Of a stretch of DNA of 64,000 bases, positions 10,156-20,416 are shown in pieces (within the stretch, counting starts at the first letter, position 1; every line of letters begins with the position of its first letter). This stretch comes from Pirellulales bacterium (lineage in GTDB: Bacteria > Planctomycetota > Planctomycetia > Pirellulales > JAICIG01): contig JBBDYJ010000017.1 in NCBI GenBank assembly GCA_040901675.1, positions 93,072 to 157,071 on the forward strand, in the 5' to 3' direction. Both the position numbers and the translations under genes were made by a program. Below the pieces are notes generated by a model that saw only the letters and a program-made list of their open reading frames with translations, did not search any database and was not told the origin of the DNA.

Positions 10156-11106
10156 ATGAAGCCACCGTCCAACGAGGTCGATCAATTCGGGTTTCCGATC
10201 CCGCCCAATTTCGAGGGCGAGCGGACCCGCACCGCGGGCGCTCGGCGGGTGGGACGCCTGGTATGGCGATGGGGCCTGGTACTTGTGTTCGTGGCGCTGC
10301 TGCTCTCCAGTGCCCTGCGGTCGGGCATGATCGACTACGGCAAGGCCGCCATGGCCGAAGGCCTCTTGGACCGGGCCCAGCGGAAACTGCAGATCGACGA
10401 CGTCGAGGGGGCCCTGGCCGACTTGAACCGGGCGGCGAGCTGGAAGCCCGACGACAAGTCGATCCGCTACCTGCGGGCCCGCGTTCGCCTGGAAGCGAAC
10501 GACGTGGAGGGGAGCCTCGACGACTATAACAAGCTGATGCAGATGGCACCGCATTTCACCGAAGGATACCTGGGGCGAAGCATGGCGCTGCAGCGGCTGG
10601 ACCGCCACCACGAGGCGATCGCCGACTTGAGCCGGGCCGTCGCGGACCGCCCCGACGACCCAATTCGCTTGAATGCCCGCGCCTATGCCCGGGCCATCGC
10701 GGGCATCGAGCTGGAAGAGGCCATGCAGGATATCGAAAAGGCCCTGGAGTTGTTGGGCAACGAGTTGGGCGATCTGCGTGGCTTGGACGATACCCGGGCT
10801 CACTTCCTCGACACCCGAGGCTATCTGCATTACCTGCGGGGCAATTACGAGCCGGCGCTGGACGACCTGAAAGAGGCGATCGCGATCCAGGAAAGCTTCA
10901 AGCACCGGGTCTTGAACTCCCCCCGGGTCCGCACCGCCGATCCCAGGATGCTGTCACGCTATCGCCGTTCGTGCGACCAGGCCCTGGCCGTCATGTACCA
11001 CCACCGGGGTCAGGTCTATCAGAAACAAGGCGACGCCGAGGCGGCCAAGGCCGACCTGGAACTCGGCGACAAGCTCGGCTATAACCCGGCCGAAGGCGTG
11101 TACTGA
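10156..11106 (+). CDS. Membrane-anchored tetratricopeptide repeat protein
   Basis: N-terminal TM helix then repeated ALADLNRA/AIADLSRA/LDTRGYLHY TPR units. Confidence 0.85.
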   Translation: MKPPSNEVDQFGFPIPPNFEGERTRTAGARRVGRLVWRWGLVLVFVALLLSSALRSGMIDYGKAAMAEGLLDRAQRKLQIDDVEGALADLNRAASWKPDDKSIRYLRARVRLEANDVEGSLDDYNKLMQMAPHFTEGYLGRSMALQRLDRHHEAIADLSRAVADRPDDPIRLNARAYARAIAGIELEEAMQDIEKALELLGNELGDLRGLDDTRAHFLDTRGYLHYLRGNYEPALDDLKEAIAIQESFKHRVLNSPRVRTADPRMLSRYRRSCDQALAVMYHHRGQVYQKQGDAEAAKADLELGDKLGYNPAEGVY

Positions 11107-11172
11107 CCTTGCCTCCGGCAGGGGCGGGATGCTATCAGTAGCAGGCACAAGAACCAAGGAAGGTTCGAACCG

Positions 11173-12912
11173 GTGGACTCGATGGACGGTCAACCGAGCG
11201 ACGGCAATCCCCCGGACGCTGGCGCCCCGGATGGCGACCGGGTCCAGTGGCAGGTCTCGCCCGAATGGAGCGACCTCTTGACGGGCCCGCGAGGGCTCCG
11301 CCTGGGCGAATGGCTCGACGAAGGCCGGGCCCAGATTGTCAAGACCGGGCCGCACCGCACCGTCTACCGCGTGGATCTGCCCCAGCGGACCTTCTTTGTC
11401 AAGCACTACCGCTGCTCGACGCTGCTGAAGGCCAGCCGCCATTGGATGCGCCAGAGCGCCTCGAAGCGCGAGTATCGCCGGGCCCTGGAAATCGAGCGCC
11501 GGCACGTGCCCACGGCCAAGCCCGTCGCCGTGGGCGAACAGCGGCGCGGCGGCCTGGTTTACGAGAACTACCTGGTCACCGAGGCCGTCGCCCAGGCCTG
11601 TTCGCTCGACGAGTTCGTCGACGAGCGGCTCGCCGGCTTGCCCCCGCCCGCCGGCCGCGCGCTGCGCCGCAAGCTGCTGGTCGGCCTGGCCCGCTTGTGC
11701 GCTGCCGCCCATGAGGCGGGCGTTTTTCATAACGATCTGCACACGGGCAACGTGCTGGTGCGGCTCGACACCGGCGACGGCCCAGGCGACGACCGCCCGC
11801 AGTTGTACCTGATCGACCTGCCGGGCGTGCGGCTCTCCGGGCCACTCGGCTGGCGGCGGTCGCGGGAGAGCCTGGTGATGCTGGCGGCGGCCTCGATGGG
11901 CCGCGTCACCTGGACGGAGGCCTGGCGATTCTGGCGGACCTATTTGGCCGAACGGCCGCGGCTAGCGGTGCCAGATCGGCGGCAGGCGGCGGCCGACTTG
12001 ATGCGCCGGGCGGCGGTCCGGGCCCGGAGGATCGCCGGCGGCCGCGACCGCCGAGCCTTGCGGACCAACCGCGATTTCTACGCCTTGTCGCAGGGTGAAG
12101 TGGCCGGGCACGCGGTGAGCGACCTGCCGCCGGGCCAGCTTGCCAGGCTGCTGGCTGATCCGGAGGCCTTGCTGCAGGCCAACCTCGATCGGCCCATCAA
12201 GCTCACGCACCGCAGCCTGGTGGTCCAGGCCATGCTGCCGCTGGCCGGCCAGCGGGTGCGGGTGGCCTTTAAACGCACGCGGGCTCGAAGCTGGTTCAAG
12301 GCGATGTGCGGCCTGGTTCGCCGGGGCCGGGCCGTGGAGGCCTGGTATCGCGGGCATGCCCTGTTGAAGCGGGGGATTGCCACGGCGAGGCCGATCGCGG
12401 TTTGCGAGCCGCGGCCGGTGGGACCCCGTTGGCACAGTTACCTGGCCACGCAATGGATCGAAGGTGCCGAGAACCTGCACTTGTACGGCTGGCAGTTGGC
12501 CGATCGGCCGGCGGCCGAGCGGCGGCAGCGGGGGCGGCAGTGCGCGGTGGCGTTGGGCCGGCTTCTGGGGCGGATGCACGCCTGGCAGATCTCGCACCGC
12601 GACTTGAAGGCCTGCAACCTGGTGGTGGCGGAGCGTGACGATCGTGTCGAGGCCTACCTGATCGACCTGGACGGCGTGCGGATCGGCCGGCGGCTGCCGG
12701 CGGATCTGCGGGCCCGGCACCTGGCAAGGCTGGCGGCCAGCTTGGAAGCCCATCCGTGGATCGGCCGGGGCGATCGGCTGCGTTTTCTGCGGGCTTACCT
12801 TGGCGAGTTGCCGACTCCCGCGCCGGACTGGAAGCGGCTGTGGCGGGCCATCGAGTTGCACTGCCGTCCGATCATCAAGCGGTTGTCGAGCGGCGGCCGC
12901 CCCGTGGTCTAG
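11173..12912 (+). CDS. Lipopolysaccharide kinase (InaA/WaaP/Kdo family) with two tandem kinase domains
   Basis: Two catalytic-loop motifs, HNDLHTGN..LIDL and HRDLKACN..LIDLDG. Confidence 0.8.
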   Translation: MDSMDGQPSDGNPPDAGAPDGDRVQWQVSPEWSDLLTGPRGLRLGEWLDEGRAQIVKTGPHRTVYRVDLPQRTFFVKHYRCSTLLKASRHWMRQSASKREYRRALEIERRHVPTAKPVAVGEQRRGGLVYENYLVTEAVAQACSLDEFVDERLAGLPPPAGRALRRKLLVGLARLCAAAHEAGVFHNDLHTGNVLVRLDTGDGPGDDRPQLYLIDLPGVRLSGPLGWRRSRESLVMLAAASMGRVTWTEAWRFWRTYLAERPRLAVPDRRQAAADLMRRAAVRARRIAGGRDRRALRTNRDFYALSQGEVAGHAVSDLPPGQLARLLADPEALLQANLDRPIKLTHRSLVVQAMLPLAGQRVRVAFKRTRARSWFKAMCGLVRRGRAVEAWYRGHALLKRGIATARPIAVCEPRPVGPRWHSYLATQWIEGAENLHLYGWQLADRPAAERRQRGRQCAVALGRLLGRMHAWQISHRDLKACNLVVAERDDRVEAYLIDLDGVRIGRRLPADLRARHLARLAASLEAHPWIGRGDRLRFLRAYLGELPTPAPDWKRLWRAIELHCRPIIKRLSSGGRPVV

Positions 12913-13070
12913 GGCGTAGCCCGTGAGGTGGTCCACTCGCGGCTCGGCTGAGCTCGCCGAAGTCTGGGCGAGTGGTTTTCCGTCGCAGCAGAGCTCGCCA
13001 GAGTTCTGGTGGCGTGGCCGAGGCCTGAATTCCGGCGAATTCAACTACGGATGCTCCTCACGCTTTGCCG

Positions 13071-13184
13071 TCAGGAGACCGGCTTGTGCCAGCGGCCGAC
13101 CATGTATCCCAGCAGGGCCACGGACGCCAGGGCCACGGGAAAGGGCAGGTAGAGTTGGGTGAAGTCGAAGTTGAGCAGGTCCAT
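13071..13184 (-). CDS. Small single-TM protein, 37 aa (MDLLNFDFTQLYLPFPVALASVALLGYMVGRWHKPVS)
   Basis: Manual translation; GC3-rich codons; hydrophobic helix. Confidence 0.5.
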   Translation of the reverse strand: MDLLNFDFTQLYLPFPVALASVALLGYMVGRWHKPVS

Positions 13185-13231
13185 GGTTTTTCATTCCAGA
13201 GGGTTGGAAGGCATCTTCGTTTGGAAGGCAT

Positions 13232-13369
13232 TTAATACGTGTTGCGTGAGCCGAAGCCTCGCAAGCAGAGGGCGCCAATCGCCAGGACGGCCAATAGCGA
13301 GAGCAGCCATTCTTGCGGTCCGAAGTGGCTTACTTGTTGCAATGCCGTTCGATAAATGGTGGTCCACAC
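13232..13369 (-). CDS. Small planctomycete membrane protein, 45 aa, ending RGFGSRNTY
   Basis: GTG start; QEWLLSLLAVLAIGALCLRGFGSRNTY resembles a small planctomycete family (recalled, not searched). Confidence 0.6.
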   Translation of the reverse strand: MWTTIYRTALQQVSHFGPQEWLLSLLAVLAIGALCLRGFGSRNTY

Positions 13370-13694
13370 GGTTGAATTTCCAGGTCGCGTAATGCCAAGC
13401 GAGGTTTCGGCAGAATACTCCAAGAAAAGCGTAGGTTAGAAAAAAATCGCGGGTCCAGGCGGCGGGGTTGCGAGTTTGCAACGGCCGGGGGGTGGGTAGC
13501 CGCAAATCTCCGCCGTGGTCCGGGTATAACGGTTGTAGCGGCATCAAGTAGCAGGCATCCCGGGTGCGGCCGGGACATGCCGTCCGCTCCCGCTGCCGCG
13601 TAAAAGAGTAGCAGGCACACTCCGTTTGCCGTCGCCCTTCGTCCCTCCGTCCTTCTGCCTTCTGCCTTCGATTTTCTGCCTTCCCCGTCTGCCC

Positions 13695-13722
13695 TTGCCA
13701 GCGATTTGGGGAGATTTATAAT
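13695..13722 (+). promoter_or_regulatory. Sigma70-type promoter of tRNA-Asp
   Basis: TTGCCA-N16-TATAAT ending 18 nt upstream of the tRNA. Confidence 0.6.
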
Positions 13723-13740
13723 CGGTGGTTTGCCGAGATC

Positions 13741-13814
<74 letters not shown>

Positions 13815-13970
13815 CTGGAAAAAGGCTGCCAGAGCCGTCGCGGAACGGTTCGCGGCCGTCGTTGCTTTCTGCCGATAGGCGGACTACGTCCGGATCCTGC
13901 TGGACGTTCTAGCCTCCTAGCCTCCAGCTTCGCGGCCAAGGCCCATCCGGGCGGCGCTCGCCGGAGTTCC

Positions 13971-14150
13971 ATGAATTTCATTTTAGGTCGGCTTCTGGAG
14001 CAGCGAAGCACGGTTGCGGGCGTGACTGCATGTGTGCTGTTGGCCATCACGGCGGTGCTTCGATACGGGTTCGATTTGTGGTGGCCGTGGGGCATCGTCA
14101 TGGCCACGGTGTGCGCCGTTGTGGCAATGGTCAGTGCCGGCGGCGAATAG
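13971..14150 (+). CDS. Small two-TM hypothetical protein (59 aa)
   Basis: MNFILGRLLEQRSTVAGVTACVLLAITAVLRYGFDLWWPWGIVMATVCAVVAMVSAGGE. Confidence 0.55.
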   Translation: MNFILGRLLEQRSTVAGVTACVLLAITAVLRYGFDLWWPWGIVMATVCAVVAMVSAGGE

Positions 14151-14258
14151 ACCCGTCCGCGTCTTCCAAGCCCGCGTGCCTGACGGCTTCCGAAGTCACG
14201 ATGGCACTTGCGGGCCTGCGGAGAACTTGGAAGGCGTAGGCGCCTGCGTACGAGCGCT

Positions 14259-14630
14259 TTAGCAACAGCCCGCGAGCACGTCGCGGGACCAGATAGTGTG
14301 GTACGTCAACCCGACCAGGATCAGATCGCTTAGTGCGAGGTCGGTCCCAAACATGCTGTAGGCCCGGACGCGCCACCCGCTGCCGTAAATGCCAAGATCG
14401 TCGACCCTGTCCACGGTGGCAAGCGCCTTGCCCTCGCGCCTGACGACGAACCCGGTTTTGAAAAAACCGGCAGATTCAAGGCGCGCTGCGCCGATACTGA
14501 GCTGCAGCTCCCGAGCGCTCGTGAAGATGCTCTTGCGGAACGCCGACGCAAGCTCGTCGCCCGTCGCAGCCTCGGCTCATTCATTTGAGTGATCCGACTC
14601 CCCGGGAGCTTCTGGCGACCGAAAACTCAC
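14259..14630 (-). pseudogene. Interrupted hypothetical ORF (in-frame TGA at 14577-14579)
   Basis: GTG at 14630, TGA after 17 codons, then 105 protein-like codons (AEAATGDELASAFRKSIFTSARELQL...LILVGLTYHTIW). Confidence 0.35.
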
Positions 14631-14921
14631 CGGATCGAATCCTCCCATCCCCGGCTGCCGTGTGAAACCAACAAATCAATGAGCGGGTGCCTGGGCGAGC
14701 TCGTCGTTCGTCAGCGGGCTGGTAAGCAAGTTGAGGATCTCGGGAATGGCCGCATTCAGATACATCTCCTCGGCGTCATGCAGCGTTTGGGCCTCTCCGC
14801 GCAACAGCAACTGAATGACCGGATCGTCCGTCACGCCGGGAATCGGCTCGATCGGGGCGCCGCCAGGGCTATCCGCGATGGCGGCGGGCCGGACTCCAGA
14901 TGGTTGAGCTTCACGTGCCAT
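14627..14921 (-). pseudogene. Small hypothetical protein with apparent 1-nt frameshift near 14693
   Basis: ...DPVIQLLLRGEAQTLHDAEEMYLN...NDELA continues in the shifted frame as RHPLIDLLVSHGSRGWEDSIR-stop. Confidence 0.5.
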
Positions 14922-15066
14922 ACACCCATCATATCGCGCCGCAGAGCGACCGGCCACCGAACGAGGTGTGCGTGCGGCCGAATGATGGATGGATGAGGTT
15001 GAGCCAATTCCGACCAGTACGCCTGCGGATCCGGCCGGGCCGCCCAGCCTGGCCCATCAGTTTCAG

Positions 15067-16734
15067 CTAGAACCCCCCGACGGGCTTGCCGTCGCGGGGA
15101 TTGAACAGGCGCCGCAGCACTTCAACGTCGATCCCATTGGCGATCAATCGAACCGAGCCGTCGCAGAACAGGGCGTTGAAACCGCCCGTCCTCGCGCCCT
15201 CCAAGCCGGCCAGCGGCTTCGCCGGATCGAGCTTCAGGTCGTCGGGCTTAGTCCAGACGACCGCTTTCTCGCGCCTGGCCTCAACGACCATGATCGTGTT
15301 CGAGGTGCCATCCGTGATGTCTCTGAACCCCGGCGCCGGCTTGCCCGCCTTGAACAGCGCCGCCTCACCCGTCGGCGCCAGGTAAACCGTTTTCCCGGTC
15401 CGGTTCTCATCCGCGAGGTTGGGGTTCTGGTATGCCGCGGGCATCTGCTCGACCAGCTTGATGTTGTGCGGGCTGTCCCACGGTTCGTCGAGATGAAACT
15501 GGTCGTACAGTTGCTTCTCCTCGACAAACGGCAGGATGTGGACCCGCCAGCTCAACAACGGCTTGCCGTCCTTGTCGTACGTCGAGGCAGGCAGTTTAGC
15601 GTACACATCGTGAAAGTTGTAAAACGCCAGGCCGATTTGCTTGAGGTTGTTGGACGACTGCGAGCGGCGAGCCGCCTCGCGGGCGGCCTGGACCGCGGGC
15701 AGCAACAGGGCCGCGAGCACACCCGTCGTGGCCGTGGTCACGGCCGCCTCACCCTTGACATCGATGACCAGGCGGTCGCCTTGCTGCCGGCGGTCGATCT
15801 GCGACAGCAACAGCCGCATCATCCGTCTGGCGTACTGCATGCCCGCCACTTCCGTGGCCGGCGCGCCTCGCTGCTCGAGCGCGGCAATCTGTGCGTCGAT
15901 AAGCTGCTCGCCGAGCTGGATCGCGTTGTCGAGCATCTTCGCCATGGCCGCGGCGCTGGGCTCGTCGTAGCCTTCCAACTCCAGCCGAAGGCCGCCATCG
16001 GCGCCCAGCGCGACTTGCAAGTGAACGGCCGCCAGGTGCTCCGGCAGCCTGATGACTTCGTGCAGGGGTGGAGGCAGCGGCGGCAGGTCGGTGATCATGC
16101 TGAGCAGTTCTTCGCGCAGCGGCGAAAGCGTCGCCACGGCACTGGCCGGCTTGCTGGTGTCGATTTTTCGCAGCCGCTCGACCAGCGGGCTGGCCACGTC
16201 CTTGGCCGACACCATGGCCCGCAGGTCGCTCTCGACGCCCAAGACCAGCGTGCGGTCGTCGGGCATGAACAAGCTGGTGCCATTGGCCGACTTATAGAAC
16301 CTGGCGTCCCCGACTGCCACTTCCTCACTCTCGGGCGCCAGGTTGGCCAGCACCGCCTGACGATCGTACGGCTGTGAAAAACGGACGATGGCCGCCGCCG
16401 ATGGTTGCGCCGACAGAGTGGTCGCGTTGGCCAGCACGATGACTTGCTCGACCTGCCTGGCATCGATCGCCGCCAGCTCCATCAATTGGGCGCCGACCAC
16501 TTCCACCGGGAACATCGCGAACTCCGGAGCCGCGAGCAACTGCCCCGGGTGCACGACCACGGCCAGCACCGCTTGTCGCGGTATGTAGGAAAGATCCAGC
16601 GGCCTGGCCGCCGTTGTTCGTGGGCCGCCGGCGGCCGGCTCCGCCGCGGCCGCTGCCGCCAGAGGACCAGCCGCCAGCGCGAGTGCGGCCAGGGAAAACA
16701 ACGCCACGCGGCCCCAACGCAAACAGCTACGCAT
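15067..16734 (-). CDS. DUF1559 domain-containing secreted protein
   Basis: Signal peptide; LLLPAVQAAREAARRSQSSNNLKQIGLA, LSWRVHILPF, ITDGTSNT, FNALFCDGSV. Confidence 0.92.
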   Translation of the reverse strand: MRSCLRWGRVALFSLAALALAAGPLAAAAAAEPAAGGPRTTAARPLDLSYIPRQAVLAVVVHPGQLLAAPEFAMFPVEVVGAQLMELAAIDARQVEQVIVLANATTLSAQPSAAAIVRFSQPYDRQAVLANLAPESEEVAVGDARFYKSANGTSLFMPDDRTLVLGVESDLRAMVSAKDVASPLVERLRKIDTSKPASAVATLSPLREELLSMITDLPPLPPPLHEVIRLPEHLAAVHLQVALGADGGLRLELEGYDEPSAAAMAKMLDNAIQLGEQLIDAQIAALEQRGAPATEVAGMQYARRMMRLLLSQIDRRQQGDRLVIDVKGEAAVTTATTGVLAALLLPAVQAAREAARRSQSSNNLKQIGLAFYNFHDVYAKLPASTYDKDGKPLLSWRVHILPFVEEKQLYDQFHLDEPWDSPHNIKLVEQMPAAYQNPNLADENRTGKTVYLAPTGEAALFKAGKPAPGFRDITDGTSNTIMVVEARREKAVVWTKPDDLKLDPAKPLAGLEGARTGGFNALFCDGSVRLIANGIDVEVLRRLFNPRDGKPVGGF

Positions 16735-16789
16735 CAGACACCTCCTCGTGCCGTCTGCACGCCCGGACCAAAACCGCTGAGAAGTCCAG

Positions 16790-18109
16790 CTACTCGTGGC
16801 GCAGCGCCTCGATGGGATCCATCAGCGCCGCCCGGCGGGCGGGATAGAGCCCGAAGACCACACCGACCCCGACCGAGATCAAGAAGGCCGCGGCCACGGA
16901 CCAGACGGCGATACGCGGCTCGAGCTCTTGGACGACGGGTGGTAGATCGGCCATCAATTCCAGCTTGCCCAAGATCCATTTGACCGTCTCGATGGCGTAG
17001 GGGCAGAGGAAGCCGATGAGCACGCCGAGCAGGCCGCCGGTGGCGGAAAGCACCACGGTCTCGGTGAGAAACTGCTGGATGATGTCGCGCTGTTTGGCGC
17101 CCAGGGCGCGGCGGATGCCGATCTCGCGGGTCCGCTCGGTGACGGTGGCCAACATGATGTTCATGATGCCGATGCCGCCGACCAAGAGCGAGATGCCGGC
17201 AATGACAATCAAGAGCACGTTGAACATCATCCGCAGGATCTCGGCCTGGCGCAGCAACTCCTTGGGGACGATCACCGCATAGTCCGTCGTTTTGTGGAAG
17301 CGCTCCAGCAGGATGCGGACCACGTCGGCGGTGTCGTCGACCTCCGTGATGTCTCCCACGGTGAGCGTGATCTGGCTGAGTTGGACGATCTCGCCCTCGC
17401 GGCTGCCGGCCTTGGACGTGAAGACCTGGTCGCCGATGCGAGCGCGCAGGGTTTCCAGCGGGATGTAGACGTCCTTGTTGTAGTCCTGGCCCGAGAAGCT
17501 GCCGCCGATGTTGCCCGAAGCGGTGCGGTTTCTGGTCTGGCCCACGATGACATAGAAATCCTTATCGATCTGGATCGTCTTGCCGATCGGATCCTCGTAG
17601 GGAAAGAGCTGTCCGGCCGTCTCATGGGCCAGCACGCAGACGTTGTCGACGCGGTCCAGATCGCGGTCGGAAAGAAAACGGCCGCGGGCCAGATCGAGGT
17701 TGTTCATCGCCAGGTATTCAGGGGTGCAGCCGACGAGGCGGCTCTCGACGGTCCGGTCGAGGTAGCGGACCTCCTTGGAAATCTCGCGTAGAGGCACTGC
17801 CCGGAGAACGGTGGGAATGGTCGTGGAAATGCGTTGGTAGTCGTCGCGCAACAGACCGTAGCTGACGAACATGCCGGCGGTCTGGTCCGTGCTGCCGACT
17901 GGCTTGATGCTGCGGATGATAATGTTGGTCGCGCCCAGGTCCTTGATCTGCTGCTGGGCCTGGTAACTGACACCCTCGCCCATGGCGACCAGCCAGATCA
18001 CGGCCGTCACGCCGATCATAATGCCCAGCACCGCCAGACCGGAGCGGAGCTTGTGCAGCAGCAGGCTCTTGACGCCGAGCCGGAGTGTTTGCAGGAACTT
18101 CGAACGCAA
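16790..18109 (-). CDS. MacB/FtsX-type ABC transporter permease
   Basis: GGIGIMNIMLATVTERTREIGIRRALGA; paralog of 3532-4791. Confidence 0.93.
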   Translation of the reverse strand: MRSKFLQTLRLGVKSLLLHKLRSGLAVLGIMIGVTAVIWLVAMGEGVSYQAQQQIKDLGATNIIIRSIKPVGSTDQTAGMFVSYGLLRDDYQRISTTIPTVLRAVPLREISKEVRYLDRTVESRLVGCTPEYLAMNNLDLARGRFLSDRDLDRVDNVCVLAHETAGQLFPYEDPIGKTIQIDKDFYVIVGQTRNRTASGNIGGSFSGQDYNKDVYIPLETLRARIGDQVFTSKAGSREGEIVQLSQITLTVGDITEVDDTADVVRILLERFHKTTDYAVIVPKELLRQAEILRMMFNVLLIVIAGISLLVGGIGIMNIMLATVTERTREIGIRRALGAKQRDIIQQFLTETVVLSATGGLLGVLIGFLCPYAIETVKWILGKLELMADLPPVVQELEPRIAVWSVAAAFLISVGVGVVFGLYPARRAALMDPIEALRHE

Positions 18110-18207
18110 GTCGGTTGCCTTTCAAGCGTAAACGGGGTGCCGCTCTCCACCGCCGGCCGGTACGGTGGGCGGGCAGGCGAGCAGGATTCCACCAAGATCG
18201 AGCGGCG

Positions 18208-20133
18208 CTATAACGATCCGCCCGGCGCTCGGCCGCCGCCGGGTGCACCGCCGCCGGGACCGCCGAAGCCACCTTGAGAACGCATCTGTCGCATACGGGC
18301 CATCATCGCGTCGTTCTCGGCCTTGTCGACAAAGCCGTCGCCATTGGCGTCGATGGTCTCAAACATGGGGCGGGCCTGTTCAGGGAACTCTTCCTTGCTA
18401 AGCTTGCCATCCTTGTCCTTGTCCATTTCCGTAAAGTCCATGCGGCGCCGTCCACCGCCCGGTCCGCCGGGGCCACCCGGCCCGCCGGGTCCGCCGGCTC
18501 CGGCCATACCGGGTCCAGCCGGTCCCGCTCCAGCCGGTCCACCAGGACCCATTCCAGCCCGTCCAGCGGGTCCTCCGGCCCCGGCCGGCCCCATCGCCCC
18601 CGGCCCGCCGGCCTGGGCTCCGATCGGCCCGCCGGCCGCGGCCGCCTCGCCGAAGGTTTTTTGCACGTCAACGGGCTCGTCGACGGCGGCACCTTCACGG
18701 GCTTCGGCCAATTGCGAGCGCGGATTCTGCAGGACGCGATCGCCGGCGTTGAGCCCATCCTTGATCTCGATGTTGGTGTCGTTGGTGGCGCCTAATACGA
18801 GTTCGCGGCGCTCGATTTCGCCGGCGGAGCTGCGGACCCAGGCGTAAAACTTGCGCCCTCTTTCCACGACGCACTGGACCGGGATGTTGATCACATCCTT
18901 GCGCTGGTCCACGAGGATCGTGACGTCGGCGGTCATGCCGGGTTTAAGGCCCTCGGGCTCGCCGTCGATCTTGACCAGCGTGGCGTATTCCTTGATGTTG
19001 CCCATCCAGCGGCTCGTTTGTTCAGGCTGGCTGGCCACGGTAGTCACTGTGCCTTGCAAGACGCGATCCTGGATTTTGATCCGGGCCCGCAATCCGCGCC
19101 GGATCGCATCGATCTTCGATTCGTGCACCAGGACCTTGACCTGCATGGTCGACAAGTCGGGCAGCCGGATAATCGACTGGTACTCCTTGACGGCCGCGCC
19201 CAACTCCACCTTGGGGGCTTGCTGGCCCCAGCCGCCGTCATCGTTGGCATAGACCACCATGCCGTCCTGGGGAGCACTCAGGATGCACTTTTTCATTTGG
19301 GTTTCCAGCCGCGTCAGCTTGGCAGATTCCATGTCGAAAGTCGCCAGCTCGCTGTTCATCTGCGCCTCGGCGCTGTCGCGTGCGCTGGTGAGGTCCTCGA
19401 GCATCTTTTCCTTGGTGTATTTCTCCAGCACGTTCAGCGCGGTCTGGGCATTGGCCAGGTCGAGCTTGGCCCGCTCGACGGCGAAGGCGTGCGACTCGCG
19501 CTGCAGTTGGGTCACGTACCCTTTGCGAAGCATCCGATCGCTGAACGCCAGCGTGTTCTGGGCGCTGCGGAGGTTCTCCTCGGCCACCTTGATGTTGGCT
19601 TCCAGGGTCTGCTTCTCCTGCACGAAGGTGCCTTCCAAGTATTCCTGTACCGCGATCTTGGCGGCCGACCAGGTGCTCTCGGCGGTGATCTTGGCGGCCA
19701 GGGCCTTGGCGACAAGAATCTTCTGCGCATTGACGTTGTCTTCAATGGTGGCGGAGTCGAGGCGGACCAGCTCGTCCCCCTTTTTCACCATCGTCCCGTC
19801 CGGCACGATGCTGAGGATCGTGGAACCGCCAGCCACTTCGCACTTCAGCTCGACGTTGCTGGCGCTTTCGAGGTTGCCGTCTTCCGTCACGGTCACCAGC
19901 AGATCGGAACTCTTGACCTCGGCGGTGATCATCTTGCTCGCCAGGGCGGATCCGGACGTGGATGTCAGGGTGGCGTAGGCGACCGCGGCCAGGCCGACGA
20001 TCAACGCCAACGCCAGCAGGGCCACAATCCAACGGCCCGCATTGGAACGGCGGCGTGGACCACGAGCCGGCTGCTCGGAGTGCTTCCAACGGGCCAGGGA
20101 GGCGGAGTCTTTTTCGACCGCAGGGGCGGACAT
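18208..20133 (-). CDS. Efflux periplasmic adaptor subunit with Gly/Pro linker and C-terminal EF-hand pair
   Basis: [35 protein letters not shown] hands [12 protein letters not shown] and [12 protein letters not shown]. Confidence 0.88.
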   Translation of the reverse strand: MSAPAVEKDSASLARWKHSEQPARGPRRRSNAGRWIVALLALALIVGLAAVAYATLTSTSGSALASKMITAEVKSSDLLVTVTEDGNLESASNVELKCEVAGGSTILSIVPDGTMVKKGDELVRLDSATIEDNVNAQKILVAKALAAKITAESTWSAAKIAVQEYLEGTFVQEKQTLEANIKVAEENLRSAQNTLAFSDRMLRKGYVTQLQRESHAFAVERAKLDLANAQTALNVLEKYTKEKMLEDLTSARDSAEAQMNSELATFDMESAKLTRLETQMKKCILSAPQDGMVVYANDDGGWGQQAPKVELGAAVKEYQSIIRLPDLSTMQVKVLVHESKIDAIRRGLRARIKIQDRVLQGTVTTVASQPEQTSRWMGNIKEYATLVKIDGEPEGLKPGMTADVTILVDQRKDVINIPVQCVVERGRKFYAWVRSSAGEIERRELVLGATNDTNIEIKDGLNAGDRVLQNPRSQLAEAREGAAVDEPVDVQKTFGEAAAAGGPIGAQAGGPGAMGPAGAGGPAGRAGMGPGGPAGAGPAGPGMAGAGGPGGPGGPGGPGGGRRRMDFTEMDKDKDGKLSKEEFPEQARPMFETIDANGDGFVDKAENDAMMARMRQMRSQGGFGGPGGGAPGGGRAPGGSL

Positions 20134-20416
20134 GGCGGCAACCTCGAATGATCTTGCTGTGGAGATGGACAAAAGCCGAACGCGGTAGCGCAAACATACG
20201 GCGGCGCGTGGTGGGCCTGCCTATTTAACCGCCGAGCGGTGGCAGCAGACCGCCGCGAGTATAGAAATCAAAAAAGAAGCCGATGACTCGGGGCGGCCGG
20301 TGGGCGTGGGTTCAGGCATACCCCCCAGCAGGGTATTGTGGGCCATTCCGGGGAAGATTTCAAGGGGAGGGGCGGGAAAGGCAGAAGGAGGAAGGCAGAA
20401 GGAGGAAGGAGGCGGA

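Noticed and set aside
13185..13450. Possible riboswitch/ncRNA in AT-richer patch
   Set aside because: No recognisable aptamer consensus; better explained by a small ORF and promoter DNA.
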